A stretch of DNA of 64,000 nt from Azolla caroliniana (taxonomy: Eukaryota > Plantae > Polypodiophyta). The stretch covers positions 97,030-161,029 of the forward strand of contig JBHGNT010000059.1 of assembly GCA_043228905.1 (NCBI GenBank), written 5' to 3'. The notes beneath the pieces were generated by a model. The model had not been told where the DNA came from. It did no database searches and saw only the letters and a list, made by a program, of their open reading frames with translations. Positions 33,268 through 45,055 of this stretch are shown here, one piece after another; position 1 is the first letter of the stretch; every line of letters begins with the position of its first letter. The translations under genes and the position numbers were made by a program.

Positions 33268-34010
33268 GCCACTCTACACTGAGGGGCTGCTACTGTGCGT
33301 TCCAAGCATCATCAAAGAGCTGCTCAATCTGACGGGGTTCTCTTCTCTGTGACACTCTACACTCAGGGGCCACTACTGTGCATTCCAAGCATCATCAAAG
33401 AGTTGTTCAATCTGACGGGGTTCTCTTCTCTGTGCCACTCTACACTCAGGGGCCATTACTGTGCGTTCCAAGCATCATCAAAGAGCTGTTCAATCTGAGG
33501 GGGTTCTCTTCTCTGTGCCACTCTACACTCAGGGGCCATTACTGTGCGTTCCAAGCATCATCAAAGAGCTGTTCAATCTGAGGGGGTTCTCTTCTCTATG
33601 CCACTCTACACTCAGGGGCCGCTGCTGTGCGTTCCAAGCATCATCAAAGAGCTGTTCAATCTGACGGGGTTCTCTTCTCTTTGCCACTCTACACTCAGGG
33701 GTTGCTACTGTGCGTTCCAAGCATAATCAAAGAGCTATTCAATCTGACGGGGTTCTCTTCTCTTTTCCACTCTCACTCAGGGGCCGCTACTGTGCGTTTC
33801 AAGCATCATTGGTAACTGTTCAATCTGACGGGGTTCTCTTCTCTTTTCCACTCTCACTCAGGGGCCGCTACTGTGCGTTTCAAGCATCATTGGTAACTGT
33901 TCAATCTGACGGGGTTCTCTTCTCTATGCCACTCTATTCTCAAGTGCCTTCTATGTGCGTTTCAAGCATCATCGGTAACTGTTCAATCTGACGGGGTTCT
34001 CTCCTCCATT
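33268..34010. repeat. 83/81-bp tandem minisatellite (~9 copies) upstream of the transposase
   Basis: CCACTCTACACTCAGGGGCC...CAAGCATCATCAAAGAGCTGTTCAATCTGACGGGGTTCTCTTCTCT recurs with 83-bp period (ORF echoes at 33295, 33378, 33461, 33544, 33627, 33710). Confidence 0.92.
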
Positions 34011-34337
34011 GCCATCATTCTATACTCAGTTGCCACTACTGTCCAGTCCCGGATTGCTTCCACATTTCGATTTGACGGAGTTCACTCATCCAACGGCAAC
34101 ATTCTACACTCAGTTGTTGCCATTGGTCGGTCTTGGATCGCCTCCTCAACTGTTGGATCCAACAGAGTGAAATCCTCTACTGTTCGGTCTTGGATTGCAA
34201 TAACTTTTCTGTCTATTGATTATCTTGTGTATTGTTGTGTCTAATCTTGTGTATTGTGTGGAATATTTTTGTGTATTGTTGTTGCCCATAGCCATCTTTA
34301 ATACTTGTTTTTTTTTCTGGAAATTTAGGGTTTTAAC

Positions 34338-37300
34338 ATGTCTAGCCAAATGGAAGGGGAAGAAGGGTGTTTAGAATTACCCCTCAATGATCATAAGGAT
34401 AGGGATGATGTTATCAGGACACAACAAGCCATACGAAACTATTGGGCAGAAAAAAAAAGGAAACATCGTCAATTGTTGAAGGATACGAAAGCCACACTCA
34501 GTAAAGGTAAGGATAGTTTAGCTGAGAATGTAAGTAATGCGACTACCATCATAGAGAGAAAGGTTGTAGACTATTTCAATGTTCAAACCAAGCACATCAG
34601 CAATGAAGAAAAGAAGGTAGTACTTTATGGAATATGTAATGATCCATCGATAAAGGACTTAGTTGATTGTGATGGTCTTAATGCAAACATATCATCTATT
34701 TTAGTAAATAATCTTCGTAATAGTTTCGTATCCATGAGCAGGTCAGAAGATGATCTTGTCTTAAAAAGGTCTAGTCTAATGATGTTACTTAATAGTGATG
34801 TTGACGATATAAACATCAGTGAGCTATCTAAGGTAATTGGTGTTAGTAGAAAAACAGTGTACAATACAATGAACCGTATAATTTCCTCGGGTGAAGGAAC
34901 TAGTCTACTAAAGCTAACTACAAGATGTAAGCCAATGACACCCATAACATTTGAAATCAAGGATGTAATCACAATGTTTTGGACTAATGAGAGTAGGGTT
35001 TCACCCAATAAAAAGGATTTATGCAGGAAACGTGTTGGAAGAAATCAATACGAGGAGCATCCCATTCATCTTCTTGATGTACCTCAGGTATTTACATTTA
35101 TCTCAACATTTGTTTTGACTCTACTCGGAAAGTTAATTAGCTCAGTTAGCAGAAAAGCTAATTAGCTTATCAGATACATTTACCTCAGTTAGCTACTAGG
35201 ATCGCTACTACATAGGTAACTAGCTACTCTCAATAGTTACTACCATGATAGCTAATTAGATATTCTCAATAGCTAATTTAGGTACTACCAGATAATTAGC
35301 TGTACTGCTAGCTAGTTAGCTATTTCGTTATTACCAGCTAATTAGCTACTAGGAAAGCTAATTAGCTACCATGATAGCTAATTAGCTACTATGATAGCTA
35401 CTACATAGGTAACTGGCTACTCTCAATAGCTACTACCATGATAGCTAATTAGTTAGGATAGCTAATTAGCCACCATTATGGCTAATTAGCTACTAGACCA
35501 GCTAATTAGCTACTATACCAGCTAATTAGCTACCATGATAGCTAATTAGTTACTAGGAAAGCTAATCAGCCACCATTATAGCTAATTAGCTACTAGACCA
35601 GCTAATTAGCTACCACGATAGCTAATTAGCTACTAGACTAGCTAATTAGCTACCATGATAGCTAATTAGTTACTAGGAAAGCTAATTAGCCACCATGATA
35701 GCTAATTAGCTAGTAGACAAGCTAATTAGCCACCATGATAGCTAATTAGCTACTAGGACAACTAATTAGCTACTAGGACAGCTAATTAGCTACCATGATA
35801 GCTAATTAGCTACTACGACAGCTAATTAGCTACCATGATAGCTAATTAGCTACTAGAATAGCTAATTAGCTACTAGAATAGCTAATTAGCTACCATGATA
35901 GCTAATTAGCTACTACGACAGCTAATTAGCTACCATGATAGCTAATTAGCTACTACGACAGCTAATTAGCTACCATGATAGCTAATTAGCTACTAGAATA
36001 GCTAATTAGCTACCATGATAGCTAATTAGCTACCATGATAGCTAATTAGCTACTACGACAGCTAATTAGCTACCATGATAGCTAATTAGCTACTAGGACA
36101 ACCAATTAGCTACTAGGACAGCTAATTAGCTACCACGACAGCTAATTAGCTACTACGACAGCTAATTAGCTACCATGATAGCTAATTAGCTACTAGAATA
36201 GCTAATTAGCTACCATGATAGCTAATTAGCTACTACGACAGCTAATTAACTACCATGATAGCTAATTAGCTACTAGGACAACTAATTAGCAACCATGATA
36301 GCTAATTAGCTACTAGAATAGCTAACTAGCTACTAGAATAGCTAACTAGCTACTAGAATAGCTAATTAGCTACTAGGATAGTTAGCTAGTTACGAGAATA
36401 ACTAATTCCCCTTTATTACGCAGGTCGATTTATTTATTAGGTTCAAACGAATGCATCCAACTATCAAAGTTCAACTACGAACATTCGAGTCTCTTAAGCC
36501 ACACTTTGTGAGACGCTTAAAGGATCGATACACATGTTGTTGCATTTACCATGTACAGATGGGTTTTCTGAAGGACTCTGTTAATCTACTACGTCACCAT
36601 AGCGCATCCCTAACTAATACAGTTTGCACATGTGGGTGCCAAATCTGTCGATCAAGCCCGCAAGAGGAGTGTAAATCATCTGAGCACGTTATCTCTTCCA
36701 TGAGTTATTTATTAGATTCAATATTGTGTCCGAGAGAATCTGACGCTATCTTCCATATTCATAAATGTGTCATGGGTTTATGTCAAGATTGTGGCCCTAC
36801 TAGATTTAGGTGGTGTCCAAATGAATTGAGTAGTGAAATATTGATCTCTGTGAAGTTATTTGAGTCAGTGAACACCAATTTCGAAGGAAAGGTGTGTAAA
36901 AGAAAGGATCTAGTTCGGAAGATGCTTAAACCAAGGGATTTGGTGTCTCTGTTTGTAGTATCTCTAGGAAAGTTCATTAAACACAACTTCATTTATTCAT
37001 GGCAGGCCCATCAGTTTAAGACTTGCATATCTGATTTCCCAAATGATGTAGTAGTCTCAGTAGTAGATTTCGCAGAGAATTATACTTTCAAGCAGCAGAA
37101 TGAAATTCAATCTATGCATTGGTGTTCAGTTCAGGTAACCATTTTTGTGCACATAACATATTTTCGAGTTTCAGGTGATGTTAAAAAAGTAATTCATTTC
37201 TTTATTTCCGATGATAAGAAGCATGATACCTTGTTCGTCCAACACTGTTTTAAGTTACATTGGCAGTGGTTATTAGCTCAACGTTTGGAGCTTACTCAAC

Positions 37301-38265
37301 ATTGGGTCTGGTCTGACGGAGCTGCGTCACAATTCAAGGCTCGACGTCCATTTTATTTTGTGGGGAGGTATCCTGCTATAACAGGTTTGGAGATGAGATG
37401 GAATTTTTTTGGGTCTGGCCATGGTAAAGGTGAACATGATGGTGCAGGGGCTGTTATAAAGCGGGCACTTACCCATGAACAACTAAAGACAGATGGTGTG
37501 CACATGAATTGTGCATCACATGTAGTTGAATTTTTAAGAACAAATATGTCGACGAGTGCCACAGGTGTTTATTCCTCGCAAGTTCGAGATATCAAACGTG
37601 AATTTTGGGAAGTGAAGATAGATGAAGTAAATAGGGAGAAGACCTGGGAGTGCCAAGGAATTCCCGAATTGCGATCTCTACATGCTGTTCGCGGTTATTC
37701 CAGGTTCGATGGTCATTGTATTGCGGTTAGAGAATTGACTTGTTTTTGCTTCCATTGTGTGCAGGGAAATTGGAGATATTGTCTAAACAAAGCATACATT
37801 CAGAATTGGGAGTATCACACTCTGAATGATAAGGAAGCAGTTGATGGAGAAACAGGGCAGAATGCTGACTTCACATATGAGGGACTTGGAGATACTTTGA
37901 GTGATGTCCTGAACGTTGGGGATAACTTCGCTGTAAATGCTGAAGAAGGCAATTCAGAGGGTGCTAATTTCTATATATTAAAGTGCACGGTTAGTAAACA
38001 GTGTGCAAGGCAGAATATTGTAGATGCATGGGGAAATTTTGTATCTGCCGGTACATTCTACATCGAAGGCATTTTTTATGCAAAACTAGATGACTACGAA
38101 TATGTGTACAGGCTGTTAGAAGACAAACCAGCGGCGTATATGTACTCTCATTTGGTCAGATGCATCAACGTCCCAATGTCAGAATACAATAGCTGCTCCG
38201 GTTTATACACTGTTGGTGCTAATGTGTATGAATGTATTTACAATAGTATGCCATGGAATTTGTAG
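34338..38265 (+). CDS. Sola2-like DDD transposase, two exons (34338-35087, 36424-38265), ~863 aa
   Basis: Motifs VDFAENY..QNEIQSMHW, WSDGAASQFK, FFGSGHGKGEHDGAG, Cys-rich regions, N-terminal HTH-like ISELSKVIGVSRKTVYN; phase-0 intron CAG|GTATTT...TTACGCAG|GTC joins the ORFs in frame. Confidence 0.8.
35140..36400. repeat. ~20-bp satellite built on palindrome AGCTAATTAGCT filling the transposase intron
   Basis: Dozens of units GCTAATTAGC-TACCATGATA / -TACTAGAATA / -TACTACGACA. Confidence 0.95.
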
Positions 38266-38740
38266 CTACAAGTAGCACTTACCATGTTCTCTTGTAAAAC
38301 AAACATGTATTTCGCGAAAACAGATCAATAAATTCGTTTGGAATCAATTTCTTGTATACAGTCTGCTTTCTGTGCTTCTTTCTCAATAAAATCATGTCTT
38401 TTTTGTTAAGTTTTAAGTTATAAGTTATAGCGAAATAGTCATCAGTAGCTAATTAGCTGTACAAATGAAGCTAATTAGCTGTACAAATGTATTTACAATA
38501 GTATGCCATGGAATTTGTAGCTACAAGTAGCACTTACCATGTTCTCTTGTAAAACAAACATGTATTTCGCGAAAACAGATCAATAAATTCGTTTGGAATC
38601 AATTTCTTGTATACAGTCTGCTTTCTGTGCTTCTTTCTCAATAAAATCATGTCTTTTTTGTTAAGTTTTAAGTTATAAGTTATAGCGAAATAGTCATCAG
38701 TAGCTAATTAGCTGTACAAATGCAGCTAATTAGCTGTACA
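38231..38740. repeat. ~255-bp tandem duplication of the transposase 3' end/UTR
   Basis: AATGTATTTACAATAGTATGCCATGG...TAGCTAATTAGCTGTACAAATG occurs at ~38231 and ~38486. Confidence 0.9.
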
Positions 38741-38889
38741 AATGCAGCTAATTAGCTGTCAATAGCTAAATAGTCATCAATAGAATGAAATCAACAATCT
38801 GCAACATATTCCTCAAATTACACAGTAGATAAGTACAGTGGGAACAAGTAATTAAATTCTTCATTGAATAATGTCATCTCTTTACATAT

Positions 38890-40024
38890 TTATAAATTAC
38901 CATTGGAAATGTCTACAAATCTCCTATAAACAGCTAAGCTCTTGCTAGTCAGTGGAACGAGTCTACATATATTATCCGCATATTGAGCTCGGTATGGAGT
39001 CCACAACCATGCACCTAGTTGGCAGCTCACTGTTTGCACCAGGTACTGTTCAGGCATTTCCTCGGGTAGAATGAGACAGCATCTCCGAATATTGAAGTAG
39101 TGTCGGAAATGTTCTGTATCCAAAATCAATGTATTGTCAGCATTATATTCAGGCCAAGTAGCCCAAAAATCAGAAAGCCTCTTGAATCTTGCAGCTTCCA
39201 TCTGCTCACAATTTTCTCGTGCCCATTGACCTTTAAAACGACTTTGCCATTTTGGGAAGAATCTTGCCAAACACTTCCACACATCTGATTTTGGTTTTTC
39301 ACTCCAAATAAACAAATCGAAGTACTCCGCAGCCCACTCTAGAAACTGATTTGCGTCCCTCCTTGGCTGCATATATCTCACACTCATCAAGACTTTATCC
39401 AGCTCCAAGATCAAGGCTCTTCGCTCGACTTCTAGTGGTTTAGGTTTCCATTCCTGAAACTGAGCCGCTGTTACACCATTTTCTGGTAGGATACGATCAA
39501 TCTCAATCAGCTCAGGTTCGGCTGACACAACTGGTGTCCTTTTTCCTCTTTAAACCCCTAGTCGACTGTGTTGGGCCTAGCTTCACATTCTGGTGCTCTT
39601 GTTTTGTCGACTTAGTTATCAATCCTTGGATTATCTGAGTGCATGTAGCTACTGTTCTGCTCGATATCAATCCACTGGTATCACATGCTGCATCTACCTG
39701 CAACACCAAGTCATCCGTGCTACATGCTGCATCTACCTGCAACACCAAGTCATCCGTGCTACATGCTGCATCTACCTGCAACACCAAGTCATCCGTGCTA
39801 CATGCTTGATCAACTTGTGTGACCAGATCACTTGTGTCAGTTGCTACATCTACTTTCAAGATGGGGCCCTTTAAACATGCCGCAACATCAACAGTATCCA
39901 CACTGCCATTGGCCTTACGAGCAATAGAATCAAACCCTTTAGACTCTGCAACATCAGAAAACACCAACATATTCACACTCACAAAGTAACTACTAGTCTC
40001 ACAAAACAATATCCTGAACATCAA
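38890..40024 (-). CDS. Transposon cargo: 13-aa-repeat region + FCP1/NIF-like (HAD) phosphatase-like domain; split by an apparent 1-bp frameshift at 39540-39544
   Basis: ALILELDKVL...RRDANQFLEWAAEYFDLFIWS...NTLILDT..RHYFN resembles the FCP1-homology fold with degenerate DxDxT; upstream VLQVDAACSTDDL repeats; start uncertain. Confidence 0.6.
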
Positions 40025-40194
40025 AGAGTTTCAGTCATAGAACAACACTCTTCAAATTATCTTGGAAAAACATCATAGAGTTCCATTACATAATGTGGAT
40101 CAAGCAACAACCAATCTGAGGTTTTACTTGTCCAACAGGATAGTAAAACTTCATAAAACCCTAGCAAAATCCCTAAGCTAACAATCATATCCAA

Positions 40195-43100
40195 CTAAAC
40201 AGTATTTCGCTCCACTACGTCTGGGCCCCTTGACCGAGTAACTGGTCTTGTTCCCGATCGCGGCCCCTTCTTCAGCCTTTTTCTGGTTGGTTCCCCATTT
40301 AGCCTTGCTTCTAGGACCCAATGCGCAAGTGTGTCCTCCTCCGACAACCTTCCCATCGCCTCAGCAGCTAATTGCACATCAGCTGTTTCTTGAACTAGCT
40401 TTTCAAGTACAGAGGGATCTGTTTGGACATTTTCAGTAGTTGGGCTCGGTGGGGTGGAATCAAGGTCTTGAGACTCGAAGAAATGTTGCATCAAGTGTTC
40501 ATAAACACTGTTGTTGTGAACCTCAATTTTACATGTTGTTTCCACTATTTCATGGCATTTCACATCGTTGCCTAATTCAGTACACTGTTCCAAAAGAATA
40601 GGGTGCAGCTGATCTGAAGGAGATGTGATAACAGGACTCTTACTTTCAGCCACATTGGCAGTAGTATCCTCATCTGTCGCAGCATCATCAGCACCAGACA
40701 CATCATGTGCCGTCCTTAATCCACAAGATTCTACAATAACATGACAGTTATTTAGGATAGCTAATTAACTACTTTACTAAACTATGGTAGAAGCTAGGAT
40801 AGCTAATTAGCTAGTATGATAGCTAATTAGGTACTTTACTCAACTATGGTAGTAGTTAGGATAGCTAATTAGGTACTTTACTCAACTATGGTAGTAGTTA
40901 GGATAGCTTATTAGCTACTAGGACAGCTAATTAGCTGCCAGTAGCTAATTAGCTACTAGGATAGCTAATTAGCTGCCAGTAGCTAATTAGCTACTAGGAT
41001 AGCTTATTAGCTACTTTCCACAACTATGGCAGTAGCTACTAGGATAGCTAATTCGCTAGTAGGATAGCTAATTAGTTGCCAGCAGCTAATTAGCTACTAG
41101 GATAGCTAATTAGCTACTAGGATAGCTAATTAGTTGCCAGTAGCTAATTAGCTAGTAGGATAGCTAATTAGGTACTTTACTCAACTATGGTAGTAGCTAA
41201 TTAGCTAGTAGGATAGCTAATTAGCTACTTTACTCAACTATGGTAGTAGCTAATTAGCTAGTAGGATAGCTAATTAGCTACTAGGATAGCTAATTAGCTG
41301 CTAGTAGCTAATTAGCTACTAGGATAGCTTATTAGCTACTTTACACAACTATGGCAGTAGCTAATTAGTTACTAGGATAGCTAATTAGTTGCCAGTGGCT
41401 AATTAGCTAGTAGGATACCTAATTAGCTTTTTTACACAACTATAGTACTAGCTAATTAGCTAGTACCATAGCTAATTACCTACTAGGATAGCTAATTAGC
41501 TAGTAGGATAGCTTATTAGCTACTTTACACAACTATAGTAGTAGCTAGGATAGCTAATTAGCTACTATGGTAGCTAATTAGCTACTTTACTCAACTATGG
41601 TAGTAGCTAGGATAGCTAATTAGCTACTTTACTAACTATGGTAGTAGCTAGGATAGCTAATTAGCTACTTTATTAACTATGGTGGTAGCTAGGATACCTA
41701 ATTAGCTACAATGAAAGCTAATTAGCTACTTTCTCAACTATGTAGTAGCTAGGATAGCTTATTAGCTACTAGGACAGCTAATTAGCTGCCAGTAGCTAAT
41801 TAGCTACTAGGATAGCTTATTAGCTACTTTACACAACTATGTCAGTAGCTAATTAGCTACTATGATAGCTAATTAGCTAGTAGGATAGCTAATTAGCTAG
41901 TAGGATAGCTAATTAGCTAGTAGGATAGATAATTAGTTGCCAGTAGCTAATTAGCTAGTAGGATAGCTAATTAGCTTTTTTACACAACTATGGTACTAGC
42001 TAATTAGCTAGTACCATAGCTAACTAGCTACTAGGATAGCTTATTAGCTACTTTACACAACTATGTCAGTAGCTAATTAGCTACTATGATAGCTAATTAG
42101 CTAGTAGGATAGCTAATTAGTTGCCAGTAGCTAATTAGCTAGTAGGATAGCTAATTAGCTTTTTTACACAACTATGGTACTAGCTAATTAGCTAGTACCA
42201 TAGCTAACTAGCTACTAGGATAGCTTATTAGCTACTTTACACAACTATGTCAATAGCTAATTAGCTACTATGATAGCTAATTAGCTAGTAGGATAGCTAA
42301 TTAGTTGCCAGTAGCTAATTAGCTAGTAGGATAGCTAATTAGCTTTTTTACACAACTATGGTACTAGCTAATTAGCTAGTACCATAGCTAACTAGCTACT
42401 AGGATAGCTTATTAGCTACTTTACACAACTATGGCAGTAGCTAATTAGTTACTAGGATAGCTAATTAGTTGCCAGTGGCTAATTAGCTAGTAGGATAGCT
42501 ATTTAGCTTTTTTACACAACTATGGTACTAGCTAATTAGCTAGTACCATAGCTAATTAGCTACTAGGATAGCTAATTAGCTAGTAGCTCATTAGCTGCCA
42601 GTAGCTAATTAGCTAGTAGGATAGCTAATTAGAAAAGACTAAGCTTATTAGCTACAGTATGGTATACCTGTTTGTTTTCTCCACTCATTTGGTAGAGTTG
42701 TACTGCAATCTCCCAAACAGAATGCAGCAATTCGACAGGCATGTTGAAAACAAAGCAGATGGTATGTGTGGTTGCATGGTTGTAGGTGAACCAACAAAGA
42801 CGCAGTTTTGTCCTCCACACCTAACCCGCAAGCGATGCAACGTGCTTGAACTGTCAATAAATCATTTTCTGGTTCTACTTCATTTGGTAAGGGAGCAAGA
42901 ATGTTCAGGTCCAAATCCTGTCTGGTCCTTACCATTCCCTCCACAAAATGTAGCTTCTTCTTAAGGCAGCTAACTAACTGTTCTTGATGAATGTATTGTT
43001 CCTTCAACGCAACAGAGAAATTTACCGATTAATTATTCTTGTTGTTGAAAGATACACCAACTTTGCTCAGGAATCGTTAACTTACTTGAAGCTTATCCAA

Positions 43101-43989
43101 ATTGTAATCTGCAACAGTATTTACACCTAGAAGGTTCAGGTTCATTGAAAGAACCTGGATCTCTATTTGCAGTTCTATTTTACGCTGGGGATCCAGTGGC
43201 CCCTCTAATTCAAGCTCCTGTTGCGCAACCTATTCCAGATAATGCTTGATTAGCACATTTTACCTGTTATTTATAACACAATCACATACCAGCAAAACAA
43301 TAGTTACCTGAATCTTATTTCTAATTGTTGTAACAACAGAAGTAACTTCGCTCTCCATTGCAGAAGCCATTGTGGCTTTCTCTAAATCAGTCTTAAAAAA
43401 TGCCAATGTCTCACAGGCTTCATGGACATTTTTTAGCATATAGCTAACCAATGTCTCACCTGTATCATCGACATTGGCTTTCCTTGGGTGTCGGTGTGGT
43501 GTATGCCCCCGGTCTTGCTGGGAGTCGGCAGTTGCATCAACAGCTGCCATGCTCCAAAATCTGTCTATTTTTTGTGCCAAGGTCCCCATCTTTCGGCATC
43601 TTTTTACCGATGCCTCACCATAGACTGCCCAAGCTACCCTATACATTTCAGGGTCTCTAGATTCCTTCGCTCTTTTGCAGTACTCATATGCAAATGCTCT
43701 AGCAAATGAAACTGACAACTCATTGTTGACTAGGATCTCCTGATGAACTTTCTGGTGCAGCCTCATGCAGTCATCGTACAAGTCGGCTCGTACATGCTTC
43801 AGCTTGACCTTGCCTTTGACTCTAGGCACTGTATATACTGTCATCCAGTCTATATCACTGATCAATTTATCACTTAGGACAGCAGGGTCAACACCCTCGA
43901 GTGACAGACCATAGGTGTTGTGGAAGTCCTCCTTTGTCTCGCAAAATTTTGCGAAGTTTAGCACTCTCGTATACGGAGGAACGAGCCAT
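40195..43989 (-). CDS. Transposon cargo: multi-exon RING-H2-like finger protein (exons 43308-43989, 43086-43217, 42668-43001, 40195-40730; 5' end uncertain), >=560 aa
   Basis: GT-AG introns of 90, 84 and 1937 bp keep one frame open; RING pattern CIAC..PCNHTYHLLC..CLGDC. Confidence 0.7.
40750..42650. repeat. AGCTAATTAGCT satellite filling the 1.9-kb intron of the RING gene
   Basis: Dense GCTAATTAGC units with TACTAGGATA / TTTACACAACTATGG spacers, including higher-order repeats. Confidence 0.95.
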
Positions 43990-44039
43990 CTGAAATATCA
44001 TTTCAGAAATCAGAAATAGTGCAAAATCAGAATATGTGA

Positions 44040-44450
44040 GAATCAAAAACCCCAATCAACAACAACAAAAATGGTGCAAAATCTTTAACTTAACCTAATC
44101 AAAATCTGTAATCAGAAGTTTGAAATCAGAAACCCTAATCAAAATCTGTAATCAGAAGTTTGTAACTAGAAACCTTATTCAGAAATTCTAATCAGAAATT
44201 TATAATCAAAAACCCTAATCAGAAATTTCAATCAGAAACCCTAATAAAAAATTTCAATCACAAACCCTAATCAGAAATCCTAAGCAGAAATTTATAAACA
44301 AAAACCCTATTCAGAAATTCTAATTTGTAATCAAAATTTGTAACCAGAAACCCTATTCAGAAATTCTAATCAGAAATTTATAATCAAAAACCCTAATCAG
44401 AAATTTCAATCACAAACCCTAATCAGAAATTTCAATCAAAAACCCTATTC
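44040..44450. repeat. AAACCCTAATCAGAAATT degenerate repeat (telo-box-like)
   Basis: Multiple AAACCCTA(A/T)TCAGAAATT units, probably inside a 5' intron of the RING gene. Confidence 0.75.
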
Positions 44451-45055
44451 ACTAAAGACAGGATTAAACACAAAAAAAGTAATATAAACACACCTGTTGC
44501 TACTCCCCGATTTGCGAGACATCCTTGTATGGGACTCCAAGGACTTCGCCCTATTCGATTTTGGGGAAATATGAATCGGCACCAAAGTTCACACAGTAGT
44601 CAAAAAGAAAAAACAAATGTTTGGGGTTTCTGTAACTGAAACATACCTGGACGATGATCGAGCGGGTTCTGTGTTGTAGCTCTCAATCTGCAATGTCGAT
44701 TTTTTGCTGTTGCGGGAGCTACGTCTGCGTTCGTGCTCTGAGTACTCCATCTGCGTTCAAAATCAGACTTAGGCTAAACAGGAAATTGATGACATTGAAG
44801 TCGACCTTAGATGATGGTGATATTCCCCAAGTTCCACTACGTCTGAAACAGAAGTTCAAATATTTGAGTTTTTTCATAAATTAGTTTTTCAAATATTTGA
44901 TTTTCCCACAAGAAAGACTAGCTAAACAAATAGCTAATTAGCTATGGCCATTTTAGTAGCTAATTAGCTATAATAGTGTTTCCACTCGCATGCTTTTACC
45001 CATTTACATTTACGATGTTCAGAAAGTGTATAGTTGAAAAAGTTATGTACGTTCT

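Larger units (their letters stand above)
32915..45001 (+). mobile_element. 12.1-kb cut-and-paste DNA transposon, Sola2-like, with cargo genes
   Basis: 25-bp TIRs GGGT(G/A)AAAGCATGCGAGTGGAAACA (32915-32939, 44977-45001, 1 mismatch); 4-bp TSD ATTT (32911-32914, 45002-45005); empty site restores the array unit; Sola2-type transposase motifs. Confidence 0.88.

Noticed and set aside
33268-34010. CRISPR-like appearance of the 83-bp periodic repeat and its 67-aa ORFs
   Set aside because: Entire unit is repeated with no unique spacers, no cas genes, eukaryotic context
35140-36400. Palindromic repeat with short variable spacers as a CRISPR array
   Set aside because: 20-bp period with only a few recurring 8-10 nt spacers; a satellite inside a spliceosomal intron
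43264-43307. 44-bp alternative intron in the RING gene
   Set aside because: Leads to a stop after 17 codons; the 90-bp intron keeps the frame open
44040-44450. Interstitial telomere
   Set aside because: AAACCCT units are not tandem; they are separated by 10-30 bp of other sequence
32915-45001. CACTA, hAT or Mutator assignment for the DNA transposon
   Set aside because: Termini GGG and 4-bp TSD do not fit 3-bp (CACTA), 8-bp (hAT) or 9-11-bp (MULE) TSDs; catalytic motifs differ
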